A stretch of DNA of 64,000 bases, taken from UHGV virus genome UHGV-1370141. One strand, 5' to 3'. Positions 9,904 through 19,908 of the stretch are shown here, piece by piece; the stretch's first letter is position 1; each line of letters begins with the position of its first letter. The position numbers and the translations under genes are program-made. Below the pieces are notes generated by a model. The model did not search any database and had not been told where the DNA came from. It saw nothing but the letters and a program-made list of their open reading frames with translations. The stretch is from a virus.

Positions 9904-10809
9904 TTACTGGATATTTAAGGGTTTGGTATTCTGGTTCAGTAATGTATCGTAAGCGATGGTAAACGCATCTTTACGTTTTGCTACGTCACATTTCTTAATC
10001 AGCCCACCCAAACGTGAACGGTTGAACACCGAGTTTTCTAAACAGGTGCGGACAATCACAAACAGCGATGGCGGATATTCGATGGCGCTCGTTACCAACT
10101 GGCGGTCGTAGCTGATGTAGCTGCCTAAGCTGGTCGCCAGCATTGACTGCAAGCTAACCACGCTCAGTTCATTAAGACGTGGGATGCCTGCTGCTTTAAC
10201 CATCTCAACGAATTCACCGATATTACGCGGGAACAGAAACTCGGTATTACCGGTGACGGTTTCGAAAAACTGTGGCGAAAGTCGCAGTTCACGTTCCAAC
10301 TGCTGCTGCATACGCAGCATTTTTACTTCATCTTCGAAGTTGTTATAGAACTGTCCTACGGAAAACAGCGCTGCGAGTGCCTTGACTTGACCGCTTTGAT
10401 ATGGAGCAAGTGCATAGGTGTGTTCAATCGCATCGCTAATCCACCTGCTGAAGATCTCATGGTGATAAGACATTCGGGCCATCAACGCACCGAGCTTATC
10501 ATTGTTCCGTTTCCACACTAATTCCCAACGTGCTTCGTCTAGACGTAATTGGTGCTCAATGGGGTTACGAATTTTTAACTCGCCGTTTTTATCGAGCGTC
10601 GTAAAAGTTCGTGCGTCAACGTACACGTCATCACCAATGACGATAGGTAACGGGAACGGTTTTACATCGGCTGTTTCGATAACGTAATGGACTTCTTCAG
10701 ACTGAGCAACAGTTTGGTTAACCTTACGAGCCAATTCCAAGTCCGCGTGTAAGCGGGTAAGGTCTATGGTATTAAAGGGAGTGCCGTTGTAAGCGTTTTT
10801 GAGTGCCAT
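9904..10809 (-). CDS. hypothetical protein (301 aa)
   Basis: ORF with ATG start; divergent from 10872 (+). Confidence 0.55.
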   Translation of the reverse strand: MALKNAYNGTPFNTIDLTRLHADLELARKVNQTVAQSEEVHYVIETADVKPFPLPIVIGDDVYVDARTFTTLDKNGELKIRNPIEHQLRLDEARWELVWKRNNDKLGALMARMSYHHEIFSRWISDAIEHTYALAPYQSGQVKALAALFSVGQFYNNFEDEVKMLRMQQQLERELRLSPQFFETVTGNTEFLFPRNIGEFVEMVKAAGIPRLNELSVVSLQSMLATSLGSYISYDRQLVTSAIEYPPSLFVIVRTCLENSVFNRSRLGGLIKKCDVAKRKDAFTIAYDTLLNQNTKPLNIQ

Positions 10810-10871
10810 GAGTATGATACCTTAGTATGACCCTTTTTCAAGGTCTTAAAGACTGAATATGGAGACGTTCC

Positions 10872-12929
10872 ATGAGTTTTATTCCACGAAACGGCGCGCC
10901 GTTGAATAACAAGCAGGGGTGGCAGGACAATTCTGTCCCTGAGCTTGTTCGGACCCCCACGGGTGATCCGATTCATAAGCCGCTGATCTTCACCTTTGCT
11001 TCACGCGGGGTAGACGACGAGGCGTTCCCGTTATCCGGGGATAATGCATTGTCTCTGCTTGGTCGCGATCTGTTCGACCTGCGTGGCGATTACGCGACGT
11101 TTAACACACCTTTCCAGGCGATGTTCAACGCTAACGGTAACGATTGCATGTATCAGCGCCTGGTACCGGATGATGCGAAAACCGCAGCTATCCGTCTGGT
11201 TGCTGACGTACTGGAAACGAAAGTTCCCGCTTATGAGCGTGTGAACGGCGTGATTCAGTACGACGTAAGCGGTAAGCCGAAAGTCAGAGAACAGGTAGAC
11301 GGTCTGAAAATCGTCTTCCGACTGTCCGTCATCGAAGATGTCAGCAACGTAAAAGCGGGCACCGTCACCGAAGGTACGATGACTGATACCGAGACTCAGG
11401 CGAAATCAAAACTCTATCCGATTTTTGATATCAAAGGTCCGTACGCGGGTGCTGATGTCAACGGATTTGGTTTCAAACTGGTTCCGCTGAACGAAAAATC
11501 CAGCCCGTCTATTGCGTCTGCTTATCAGACGAATGTAGGCGGACGTATGTACGCACTGCAATGGTTTGAGACCTTAGCAGGGGTAACATCACCGGTGATT
11601 TGGAAGACCCTCAAAGGTCTTAGCAGCATCAATGTTAGCTTCAAGCCCGATGCATACTATCAGCCGATGAGCACCCAGCTGGACTTCGAAGTCGTCGTTC
11701 CAGATGCGTATCGTCAGACGATGCCGGATATCGGTGGTCTGCCGGATTACGGCCCGTTCGAAGAGTTTTACATCTACCGCGAAAACCTGGAAACGGTGCT
11801 GAAACTGGCCCAATCTAAGATTCAAAACGCAAAACCGGCAATTACCGATCCGTATATGGTCGATATTTTCGGTGGCGTTGACTTAACCGGTCAGCTCTAC
11901 GACGGTTTACAAGTTAACCCGTCTGAAGAAGTAGGTAAAATTGTTTTCTCTGCTTCGAATATCCACTACCTGCAAGGCGGTAGTAACGGGACCATGAACA
12001 ACGATGTTTACGACGAACTGGTTCGCCGTGAAATGTCTCTGTTCCCGGACGGTGGTAAAGTCCGCTACGATAACGAACTGAAATACTCTCTGGGTTGCTT
12101 CTGGGACTCCGGCTTCAGCATGGATACCAAGAAAGCCCTGACGAACTTCATCGGTCGTTCTCGTAACACGTTCCTGACTCTTTGCACTCACGTTTACAAC
12201 CAAGGTCGTAACGATCTGCAAACGGAAGAGAACGTGAAGACAGCGCTGATCGAAATGATCACGTCTGTACCTGAATCGTCTTATTACGGTACCCCAGCGT
12301 GCCGTGGGATGATTTGTGGTCAGGACGCCTACATCCGTAACTCCTCTTACAAGAAACCGGTTCCGATGTGTTACAGCATCGCGAACTTCTTCTCGAAGTA
12401 TCTGGGTTCCGGTGAAGGTCGCGCTAAACCTGCTTATCGCTTCAGCCGTGGTGAAGAGACGATTATCGAAGATCTGTACGATCTGAGTATGCCGTGGAAA
12501 GGTAACGAGATTTACGCATCCGACTGGGATGTGTCACTGGTTACTGCACGTTCCCGCGACTACTATCGTTTGTTCATCCCAGCACTTCAGTCCATCTATA
12601 GCGAAGAACGTTCAGTGCTGAATAACGCACTGTTTAACTTCATCATGACCTACGTTTATCGTGTCAGTGATCAAGTTTGGGCAGATATGTCCGGTGAGAG
12701 CCGTATGACGGACGACGAACGCGCGAAAATGATTGAGAACAAAATCACCGAGCGTTTGGAAGGTCGCCTGGATAGTATTGCCAACATTACTCCGAGTGCG
12801 TACATGACAGCGGATGACAAAGCTAACGGCTATTCCATCACGCTGGACATTAAAGCTGAAGGCGGTGTACTGTTGACGCAGTTCAACACGACGATCAAAG
12901 TTTATCGTCGCGACAGTACGGAGAGCTAA
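10872..12929 (+). CDS. hypothetical structural protein (685 aa); tail sheath is a tentative guess from size and order only
   Basis: ATG with GGAG SD 7 nt upstream; followed 3 nt later by a 291-aa ORF and a strong terminator. Confidence 0.55.
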   Translation: MSFIPRNGAPLNNKQGWQDNSVPELVRTPTGDPIHKPLIFTFASRGVDDEAFPLSGDNALSLLGRDLFDLRGDYATFNTPFQAMFNANGNDCMYQRLVPDDAKTAAIRLVADVLETKVPAYERVNGVIQYDVSGKPKVREQVDGLKIVFRLSVIEDVSNVKAGTVTEGTMTDTETQAKSKLYPIFDIKGPYAGADVNGFGFKLVPLNEKSSPSIASAYQTNVGGRMYALQWFETLAGVTSPVIWKTLKGLSSINVSFKPDAYYQPMSTQLDFEVVVPDAYRQTMPDIGGLPDYGPFEEFYIYRENLETVLKLAQSKIQNAKPAITDPYMVDIFGGVDLTGQLYDGLQVNPSEEVGKIVFSASNIHYLQGGSNGTMNNDVYDELVRREMSLFPDGGKVRYDNELKYSLGCFWDSGFSMDTKKALTNFIGRSRNTFLTLCTHVYNQGRNDLQTEENVKTALIEMITSVPESSYYGTPACRGMICGQDAYIRNSSYKKPVPMCYSIANFFSKYLGSGEGRAKPAYRFSRGEETIIEDLYDLSMPWKGNEIYASDWDVSLVTARSRDYYRLFIPALQSIYSEERSVLNNALFNFIMTYVYRVSDQVWADMSGESRMTDDERAKMIENKITERLEGRLDSIANITPSAYMTADDKANGYSITLDIKAEGGVLLTQFNTTIKVYRRDSTES

Positions 12930-12932
12930 TAG

Positions 12933-13808
12933 ATGTCCATCAAAGAACGCATGATTTTACCTGACCAGGGCTTGCATGTTGACGGTGGTCAGTACGACAT
13001 GGTCAACCCGTTCAGCTCGGGTCAAAACGGTCCGGTCGGACAGGTTGGTAAGTTTGTTACCAACGCCCACCGTCTGCGTCGTAACGTAATCGCCCGTGTG
13101 ATGGAATTCCCTCGCTGGGTTGATTACATGCCGAACCCACAATTGTGGCGTCAGGCAATCAAATCGTTTATCGAGGTTCACACCACGATTACCGGTTTGG
13201 ATAAATCCCTGAGTGCTGAGTACGTGCAGACCCAACAGGGTCGTAACAACCGCGTCCAGTATGAAGCTGGTCTGGTAACGGAAGCTCTGTCTTCTGTTAC
13301 GCACACTACCCCGGATAAACTGGGTAAAGTGTATCAGAACATGCTCTGGGCGTGGCTGGTATACGGTGTTTGTGACCCGCACACAGGCCACCCTGGTCTG
13401 GCGGCAATCAACCCGAACGTTCCTGACCACCTGCCGGATATGTATAGCATGACTGTGCTGTACTTCGAACCGGATGCGTATCAGCGTAAACCGCAGAACG
13501 CATGGTGGCTGACCAACATGGCTCCTGAGTCTAACGGTCAGGATATCGGTGAACGTGACCCGAACACTGGTCCGCAAACTAACGAACTGTCCATCACCTT
13601 TACCTCCCAGCAATGGACAGGTTGGGGCCCGATGCAGGCAGCGCAGAAGGAACTGGAACGTATGAAACTGTACGGTCTGCGTCCTTACGAGCGCAAACTG
13701 TGGCTCACTCCGTCTCAACAGACCGACGGTATCAACCCAGACGTCGATGCTACGGCTGGCGGTTATCGTTCTGTGTCCGACGAGCAGATGGCCAATCAGC
13801 TTCGTTAA
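12933..13808 (+). CDS. hypothetical structural protein (291 aa); tail tube is a tentative guess
   Basis: Co-directional and adjacent to the 685-aa ORF; terminator downstream. Confidence 0.5.
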   Translation: MSIKERMILPDQGLHVDGGQYDMVNPFSSGQNGPVGQVGKFVTNAHRLRRNVIARVMEFPRWVDYMPNPQLWRQAIKSFIEVHTTITGLDKSLSAEYVQTQQGRNNRVQYEAGLVTEALSSVTHTTPDKLGKVYQNMLWAWLVYGVCDPHTGHPGLAAINPNVPDHLPDMYSMTVLYFEPDAYQRKPQNAWWLTNMAPESNGQDIGERDPNTGPQTNELSITFTSQQWTGWGPMQAAQKELERMKLYGLRPYERKLWLTPSQQTDGINPDVDATAGGYRSVSDEQMANQLR

Positions 13809-13824
13809 GAAAAAAAAATAAGTT

Positions 13825-13860
13825 TACCTACCTCCGTAAAGGAGGTAGGTACTTTTTTAT
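13825..13860. terminator. bidirectional intrinsic terminator (stem tacctacctcc / ggaggtaggta, loop gtaaa, flanked by A-run and T-run)
   Basis: 11-bp perfect stem between convergent genes; same stem reused at 37529..37553. Confidence 0.65.
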
Positions 13861-14417
13861 TTTTCTTCCGTTCCCAGGACTTTCGATGCGGATGCACGGA
13901 TGATTAAGTTTTTCATTTGCATCAACAACAGGAAGGTTGAAATTAAATCGTAAGTGGTCGGTGGGGTGTTGGTGATATCGTCAGGATAAGCGAGTTTCCA
14001 CAGCGTTAATTCGTTGGAACCCTCACCTTTTTCGTTACGTACGATTTCGTTGTCGTGTAACGAAACCAGTTCACGTTCAAGGGAATCGATAACATCTTTA
14101 CCGAATTCGATTAACAGTAACTGTTTGAAACGAATAACAAAACCGGCGATAACGTTACCTGAAGCCGTTGATCTGATTTCAGTTAGGAAACGTTGATATC
14201 CGTTGATGGTGTGGGGGATGGTTTCAGCAGGCCAGCCTGCAATGTGTGGGAACGCATCTTCCAACACAGATTTCATTGACAGCGTAAAGACTTCACCGAT
14301 TTGGTTTAGGCGATTAATAACCTCAGTGCGCGTCATGACGTTAGGTAACGGTTTTACATCATCGACAATCTGATGTCCTGGTGTAACAGGCCCACCAAAA
14401 AGGTTAGGATTTGACAT
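13857..14417 (-). CDS. hypothetical protein (186 aa)
   Basis: ATG at 14417 preceded by AGGAG SD. Confidence 0.55.
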   Translation of the reverse strand: MSNPNLFGGPVTPGHQIVDDVKPLPNVMTRTEVINRLNQIGEVFTLSMKSVLEDAFPHIAGWPAETIPHTINGYQRFLTEIRSTASGNVIAGFVIRFKQLLLIEFGKDVIDSLERELVSLHDNEIVRNEKGEGSNELTLWKLAYPDDITNTPPTTYDLISTFLLLMQMKNLIIRASASKVLGTEEK

Positions 14418-14443
14418 TTTATATCTCCTGAGATCAAAAAAAT

Positions 14444-14480
14444 AAGGCGGTCATAAAACCGCCTTAACTTTTATTTTCTC
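14444..14480. terminator. intrinsic terminator hairpin (aaggcggt / accgcctt) with flanking A- and T-runs
   Basis: 8-bp stem inside the 200-bp non-coding gap 14418..14621. Confidence 0.5.
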
Positions 14481-14621
14481 CGTCGATGCGACAGATACAC
14501 CAAACCGTCAATCGGTTTAGGTAACCCTAACGTTCTGGAGAGTGGGTTCTGCCAGGCCGTAGGGTTAATCGGTGTAGGAGGGATATAGGTACGTTTTACC
14601 TTCCCTCCGAGTATCGCAACC

Positions 14622-15104
14622 TTATTCGTCGTCTTCGTCATCGGAAGCCATCATGTCCGCAGCGAATTGCTTACGAAGTTTGCCTTCCAGTGCTTTAGAC
14701 TTCGGCACACCGTAACCGAAACCGATGGATGCAGCCCATTCTTTCTGGCTGATGGTGTCCCCGGTCGGGCGAGAGAACACCGTGGAGAACGATGCGTTGC
14801 CGATTTCGGTGGTGATGTTCATCGCGGCCAACTCAGCATCGGCTTTCGCTTTTTCCACAATCAGACCAGAAGCGACTTTCCCGTACACTTCCAGGAAGTT
14901 AGCATCGTGTTGACGAACCGCGTCGGCGTCTTTCAGCGTTAAGCGATAGTCAGTATCGTTAACTTTGATAACCGGCAGCGTTTCTTCATAAATTTTTACC
15001 ATCGGGTCAGCGTTGACCACCAGGTCGTCGTTCATGGTCATTGCCGGAGTTTCCAGTGCATCGATCATTGCAGCCAGGTCTTTGATAGAAGTTACTTTAG
15101 CCAT
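14622..15104 (-). CDS. hypothetical protein (160 aa) with strongly acidic C-terminal tail (ASDDEDDE)
   Basis: ORF; acidic tail seen in some phage SSB or scaffold proteins, function not assigned. Confidence 0.55.
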   Translation of the reverse strand: MAKVTSIKDLAAMIDALETPAMTMNDDLVVNADPMVKIYEETLPVIKVNDTDYRLTLKDADAVRQHDANFLEVYGKVASGLIVEKAKADAELAAMNITTEIGNASFSTVFSRPTGDTISQKEWAASIGFGYGVPKSKALEGKLRKQFAADMMASDDEDDE

Positions 15105-15125
15105 TAGTTTTATTCCTTCAGGTTA

Positions 15126-15797
15126 TTACTGGTTTTGGATACGACTTTCTAAGTCGTTGGTGATTTCAAAAGTAAAGTGCTCGAGGCTGAGCATCTCTAC
15201 GTACTCTTGACGTTCCAGAATCTCTTTCGCGAAGAGTTTCTCGTACCACTCTGGAACGCGAGATTTGCCATTACGACCGAACTTTTCTTGTACGTGACGA
15301 ATCGCATGGAACTTCGAATCGGTAACGGATTTTCCATGGTCACGTGCGTATAAGTAAGAGCGGTACATGTAATTTTTCACTTCATCGATAGAAGGGATAC
15401 CACGATCCGCAGCCGCGACAATTTCGGATACGATAGAGTTGTACCCGCCTTTGTGTGAACTGCGATGTTCTAGTACCGCGTAAGCTATCTCGGTAACGTC
15501 ATCACAGGTAAGCTTAAAGCGACGTTTTAGAATCGGTGCAGAATCCAGAACGTAGTTGAAGGCTTTGATGTGATGGGAAGCACGATCGGCTTTAGTTGAG
15601 AAAATGTCATGTGCTGCCACAGCGACCAGGATATTTTTAAGGTGCTTAGACTCACCCAGCAGATAAGCAATGCGAATGGCATTAGACTTCACTGACTGGA
15701 TGTGGTCGATACGGTGGGCGCTGTCTGTGTAGCGATAGAAATCGCGGAATTGAGCAATGACTTGTTCCCAGAATTTGTTAATTTCGATAGCTTCCAT
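15126..15797 (-). CDS. HD-domain phosphohydrolase-like protein (223 aa)
   Basis: H..H then HD spacing (HRIDHIQSV ... VAAHDIFS), consistent with HD superfamily metal-binding motif. Confidence 0.4.
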   Translation of the reverse strand: MEAIEINKFWEQVIAQFRDFYRYTDSAHRIDHIQSVKSNAIRIAYLLGESKHLKNILVAVAAHDIFSTKADRASHHIKAFNYVLDSAPILKRRFKLTCDDVTEIAYAVLEHRSSHKGGYNSIVSEIVAAADRGIPSIDEVKNYMYRSYLYARDHGKSVTDSKFHAIRHVQEKFGRNGKSRVPEWYEKLFAKEILERQEYVEMLSLEHFTFEITNDLESRIQNQ

Positions 15798-15818
15798 TTA
15801 TAAAACCTTACATGTCGA

Positions 15819-16208
15819 TTAGGAGAATGTGAACTGGCAGCGGATTAACATCAGACGTAAGTCGTGCCAACTGTCAGGTTGTTGAATGATATTCCGATAG
15901 AGCAGATGGTCAGAACTCACCGCTCGGGCAAGTTCTTGTACCATGTCTGCTAACGTCGGTGCCTTTAACCGATGTGTTTTACGCCACGTAGGAGACATCA
16001 TACGGACATAAAACGCATCAGCTGGTTCTAGGGTATTACTTTCCTCTTTAAGCGTCTCTAAACGCGTCTCCTCACGTTTTACGTGATTGCTCAACGCTTG
16101 TGGGTCTTTGACGAAAGTATAGAATCTGTCGTCTCGCCGTAGGCTGCACAGCAACCACAGTGTGAACGGGTCACGACAGACCTCGATAAGTTCTTTTGAC
16201 CATTTCAT
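15819..16208 (-). CDS. hypothetical protein (129 aa)
   Basis: ORF in co-directional gene string. Confidence 0.5.
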   Translation of the reverse strand: MKWSKELIEVCRDPFTLWLLCSLRRDDRFYTFVKDPQALSNHVKREETRLETLKEESNTLEPADAFYVRMMSPTWRKTHRLKAPTLADMVQELARAVSSDHLLYRNIIQQPDSWHDLRLMLIRCQFTFS

Positions 16209-16209
16209 C

Positions 16210-16599
16210 TTAGCTACCTACGCTAGAAAGCATCCAATTGTTTCTGATGGCGTTAATTTGTTTAACGGATTCCCGAATACCTTCAAATAGTTCGATGCGT
16301 TCCGATGTGGAAAGACACTGTTTAAGATCTTTATCGAGAGAGAACAGCATCGCCAGTTTTGCAAGCGAAACACTCAAGATATCAGACAATTCATTGTTTC
16401 TACGCCACTCGGGATTACGGAAGATAGTCACCAGACGTCCGATGCTTTCGCAAGGACATTCTTTGTTCAGTAGTTTGTCACGTTGCTCGCACAGATAAGC
16501 CTCATCTGTAATTAATCGTTCCAGGTCATCTGGACGCATGATTGCACGAGTAGAAATCATTAGTACAACAAACGGGTCTTTGAATAATTCGTTTTTCAT
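16210..16599 (-). CDS. hypothetical protein (129 aa)
   Basis: ORF; AAAGGAG SD upstream of ATG. Confidence 0.55.
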   Translation of the reverse strand: MKNELFKDPFVVLMISTRAIMRPDDLERLITDEAYLCEQRDKLLNKECPCESIGRLVTIFRNPEWRRNNELSDILSVSLAKLAMLFSLDKDLKQCLSTSERIELFEGIRESVKQINAIRNNWMLSSVGS

Positions 16600-16660
16600 C
16601 TTTAATACTCCTTTAGGTTAACAAGTCGAATAGCGTGTAATTCTACAACGCTCACCTAAG

Positions 16661-16675
16661 TAATATATATCTAAG
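16661..16675 (-). promoter_or_regulatory. AT-rich promoter-like motif (plus-strand TAATATATATCTAAG; minus strand reads CTTAGATATATATTA) about 62 nt upstream of the minus gene start at 16599
   Basis: Related to the ATAATATCTATC motif at three other sites. Confidence 0.25.
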
Positions 16676-16689
16676 ATATTTTTCAATAG

Positions 16690-16733
16690 GGCTAAAAATA
16701 AGTAGGGTAGTCTATCCAATGGATAGACTACCC
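16690..16733 (-). terminator. intrinsic terminator (stem gggtagtctatcc / ggatagactaccc, loop aat, U-run on minus strand)
   Basis: 13-bp perfect stem directly downstream of minus gene 16742..17293. Confidence 0.6.
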
Positions 16734-16741
16734 GAGAGGTT

Positions 16742-17293
16742 TTACTGCACGCACAAAATTTGACCTGAGTATTCTAAGGGACTTTCTGCAAACGTCCTGA
16801 TTTGTCGGCAAATCACATCGACTTCAGGTTCGTTCGTCCGCGTATAAATTGCGGTCCCGCCCTTTAACACCCACTCACGGCAATTACGACCATAATCGTC
16901 AACCAACAATCTTCCCTTCTCCGCGTAGGTCGCTTTCTCCGCAGAGGAAGTTGTCACGATGACTTTATGGCCAGGGATACCGAAGTGTTTTTCGAAGAAT
17001 AATTTTTTGCTTTCTACAACACGGTCGTGGTCGAAATGATCTTCTGAACCTGACGTTAAAATCGCCCAACATTCTCCCAGACTTTCTACTGTTTCGAGGA
17101 TTTTAACGGCCTCGGGTATCGGGTCTAGTTTATAAAAAAGATCCGGGTCGTTTAAATAGATTTCCCGCATCAAAGCACGACGATGCAACTCTGGCATTCC
17201 GTGAAATTCTTCTATACTCATTCCTTTAAGGTGGTGTTCCAAAACGTAACCACGCCAGTTTGCGAAAACGCCGTCGCTGTCTAAATTAAACAT
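16742..17293 (-). CDS. HAD-superfamily 5'(3')-deoxyribonucleotidase-like protein (183 aa)
   Basis: N-terminal HAD motif I (LDSDGV = DxDGV), later LTSGS and LLVDD motifs. Confidence 0.45.
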   Translation of the reverse strand: MFNLDSDGVFANWRGYVLEHHLKGMSIEEFHGMPELHRRALMREIYLNDPDLFYKLDPIPEAVKILETVESLGECWAILTSGSEDHFDHDRVVESKKLFFEKHFGIPGHKVIVTTSSAEKATYAEKGRLLVDDYGRNCREWVLKGGTAIYTRTNEPEVDVICRQIRTFAESPLEYSGQILCVQ

Positions 17294-17350
17294 ATTTGGT
17301 TATCCTTTGTAATTTTCCTCCGACACAGTAAACGGTAGAAATTGTAAAAA

Positions 17351-17650
17351 TTAAGACTGCTTAATCGAAAGAATGAACCGACAAGGTTCAGTTAACAAGA
17401 GATACGTACGCGCAAAGTCGATTTCGGTTCCAGCTTTACGGACGTCGCAATAAAATTTTGCGATATCTTGTTGTGAAATACCTGCGACAATGTTGTTTAC
17501 TTTACGTTTGGTGTCGAAACGTTCAGCGAGTATTTCGGAAAGCACCTCCTTTCCTGCACGTCCTTGGACGGCAAAGATTGTTAGTGCTTTCAATTCCTCA
17601 GGCGTTAAAGTTTGCAAAGTCGGAGGTATGGCAATGTTAACCACTTTCAT
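17351..17650 (-). CDS. hypothetical protein (99 aa)
   Basis: ORF. Confidence 0.45.
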   Translation of the reverse strand: MKVVNIAIPPTLQTLTPEELKALTIFAVQGRAGKEVLSEILAERFDTKRKVNNIVAGISQQDIAKFYCDVRKAGTEIDFARTYLLLTEPCRFILSIKQS

Positions 17651-17699
17651 GCTTCCCTCACAATCGACAAATTCGGGTTGCAGACCATGAACTGGGCGA

Positions 17700-18338
17700 T
17701 TATGGAGTTACAGTGTATTCGTTTAACGCAGCGTCAAAAATACCACGCGAGATTTCTGTCGCATCACTAACAGCAATCAGCGGTTCCCGTTCAGAGATAG
17801 TCACCGTGATTTCGTAAAACTTACCTGCCTTTAACAGCTGGTTATTGTTTAAACGAACGTCTTCGTGTAACGCAACAGCGAGTGTGTGTTTATATCCGTT
17901 ATCTGCTAATCGAACTAGGCGCAACTCACCGATAACGGTGGGTTTGATTTCCCAGTTCGATAAACGATGTGGAACAATCCAAACCTCGTTCGCACGGAAA
18001 GGTTCACTTGAGAGTTCTACCGATGGTTGAACAACGTCACGCTCATCAAATGCATGAAGATAGTAACGGTGTCTCAGGTCCTCATAAGGACTCGGTACGA
18101 AGTAACGTCGAACGCCGCGCAAACATTTTTCTAAATCGACAGAACAACAAATACGAGGAACCGTTTTGTCTTCGTCGCTGTAAACGCTATGAGGAATCCT
18201 GGGCGTAAAGACCGGGATTTTTTTATCGCTGATGTGGAGTGGAGCGGTATCCAGTTTTTTCAACGAAACTTTTTTCGCGGTACGTGGCAACTGTTGCTCC
18301 AACCACTTTACCAGCGAAGGTTCGACATTATCAGCCAT
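17700..18338 (-). CDS. hypothetical protein (212 aa)
   Basis: ORF. Confidence 0.5.
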   Translation of the reverse strand: MADNVEPSLVKWLEQQLPRTAKKVSLKKLDTAPLHISDKKIPVFTPRIPHSVYSDEDKTVPRICCSVDLEKCLRGVRRYFVPSPYEDLRHRYYLHAFDERDVVQPSVELSSEPFRANEVWIVPHRLSNWEIKPTVIGELRLVRLADNGYKHTLAVALHEDVRLNNNQLLKAGKFYEITVTISEREPLIAVSDATEISRGIFDAALNEYTVTP

Positions 18339-19142
18339 TTACCACTTCCCGTTCCCTAAGCCCATAACACGCAGGTTGGTGCGTTTGTTGGCAATTGCCA
18401 GATACTCCTGAGCTAAAGCACGGACTTCACCACGACGGGATTCCGTTGCGATAGTTGAAGTGGTGTTTGGATTACGCAGGATGTCTTCCAGCGCCTGAAG
18501 CGACACACGGCGGTCCAGCAGGACACGGGTAGATTCCTGAGCCACTTTGCTACCACGCTGAATCGCGGAGTATTTGTTGCAAATCTGAAGCCCATCTTCG
18601 ATAACCCAGTCGAAGGTGACCAGACGATCCAGACGACGCGTTTTCACCCCACCAACATACCCTTCACGTACGATAGCACGCAGAGAGAAGCAAACGTTTT
18701 GATGTGGATTCTCTAACGCTTCTGCCAGATACGGACCACGTTCACGGTTCGGTTTAATCCAGCCCCAGATTTCCATTACCGGCAAACCATTACAGGTCTG
18801 GTCGGTCGGAATAACTTCAACTTCACGAATGTGCATACAGACGTTTTTCGTCTCAATCCATTCGTTACGGTCAATCCACTGCGCTTCGGTCATTCCCGGT
18901 TCTGGTGCAGGGTGGTCTTCTTCCCCGAACAGGTTACCGGCTTTTACTTTACGCATGAAAATGTTAGAGCGTTCGAATACGTGCTTAGACTCGTTATAGG
19001 CGTAGAAAATCCCTTCCGAGTTAAAAATATTCAGAGCACCCAATAATACGCGGTAATAACCATCCGCGTCTTTCTCCAGAGTAGCTGGAGCATTAACACC
19101 GGCTAACGCTACGCAATTGTAACGTAGGGTCAAGTTGTCCAT
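18339..19142 (-). CDS. hypothetical protein (267 aa)
   Basis: ORF abutting 17700..18338. Confidence 0.5.
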   Translation of the reverse strand: MDNLTLRYNCVALAGVNAPATLEKDADGYYRVLLGALNIFNSEGIFYAYNESKHVFERSNIFMRKVKAGNLFGEEDHPAPEPGMTEAQWIDRNEWIETKNVCMHIREVEVIPTDQTCNGLPVMEIWGWIKPNRERGPYLAEALENPHQNVCFSLRAIVREGYVGGVKTRRLDRLVTFDWVIEDGLQICNKYSAIQRGSKVAQESTRVLLDRRVSLQALEDILRNPNTTSTIATESRRGEVRALAQEYLAIANKRTNLRVMGLGNGKW

Positions 19143-19173
19143 TGTTTTCCCCGAGTGAAAGTAAAAAGGTAAA

Positions 19174-19908
19174 TTACCTCATAAACAAATCTTCGAGCGG
19201 TTCGGCACGTACCGGGTCAACTTGTAGCGCAGAACGAATACCACGTTTCAGTTCTACGTCAGCAAGCTTCGCCAGTCTCGACGTTTTGTTAAGAGACCCA
19301 CTACGTAGTGGGATGAATTGGACAGGGTTGTTTAAGTCACTGTCTTTTTTCAGTGTATAACGGAAAAACGTTTTTGGATCACCCACTTTACGCTGCGTGT
19401 GTGCAGCATAAACGTCAGCGGTAATCTGGTCGGCAAATACAGTAAAACCGTTCCATCGCTTTACCTTATCCGGTGCTAATAGTTCAGCATCGTCGTAAGC
19501 GGTAAACCAGAAAGGACGGTTACCAAAGTCGTAAATATACGACGCAATGTTGTATATCGGTGCGGACAACACCTGTAAATTGCGGTTGGGGAAAACCACT
19601 GTGCCGGGGTCAAAACGAAATTCGTAATAAGGGACGCCAAAGACGTCAATCTCTTCAAACGCCGTTGGGGTAATCTCAATCAGTGTTGTGACACTGGAAA
19701 CCCCGTAAGTTTTACGGTCCGTTGAGATAGCAAAAATACCTACAATCGTTACCGTAGAAGAAATAACCGCCAACTCTTTCGCCACAAACCCAACGGGGAT
19801 GTAAATGTAACATCCCCCTTTGGTAGTGGTGACCGTGCCGTTATTTACCAAGTCCGCATGAATCTTAGTGGGATCACGACGGGCTGTTTCAATCGCACTC
19901 ACGATCAC
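19174..19908 (-). CDS. hypothetical protein (244 aa), possibly structural
   Basis: ORF. Confidence 0.5.
   Translation of the reverse strand: MIVSAIETARRDPTKIHADLVNNGTVTTTKGGCYIYIPVGFVAKELAVISSTVTIVGIFAISTDRKTYGVSSVTTLIEITPTAFEEIDVFGVPYYEFRFDPGTVVFPNRNLQVLSAPIYNIASYIYDFGNRPFWFTAYDDAELLAPDKVKRWNGFTVFADQITADVYAAHTQRKVGDPKTFFRYTLKKDSDLNNPVQFIPLRSGSLNKTSRLAKLADVELKRGIRSALQVDPVRAEPLEDLFMR

Noticed and set aside
12957-13718. 253-aa minus-strand ORF antisense to the plus gene 12933..13808
   Set aside because: Lies entirely inside a better-supported gene on the opposite strand, has Arg/Val-rich antisense-like composition, and no SD; treated as spurious, as were other embedded antisense ORFs (e.g. 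3916..4260, 4374..4625, 29720..30253, 33440..33926, 35957..36391, 41432..41851)
10872-13808. Firm tail sheath and tube calls for the 685-aa and 291-aa ORFs
   Set aside because: Based only on size and gene order relative to the terminase by analogy with phiKZ-like genomes; no diagnostic motif seen, so kept as tentative
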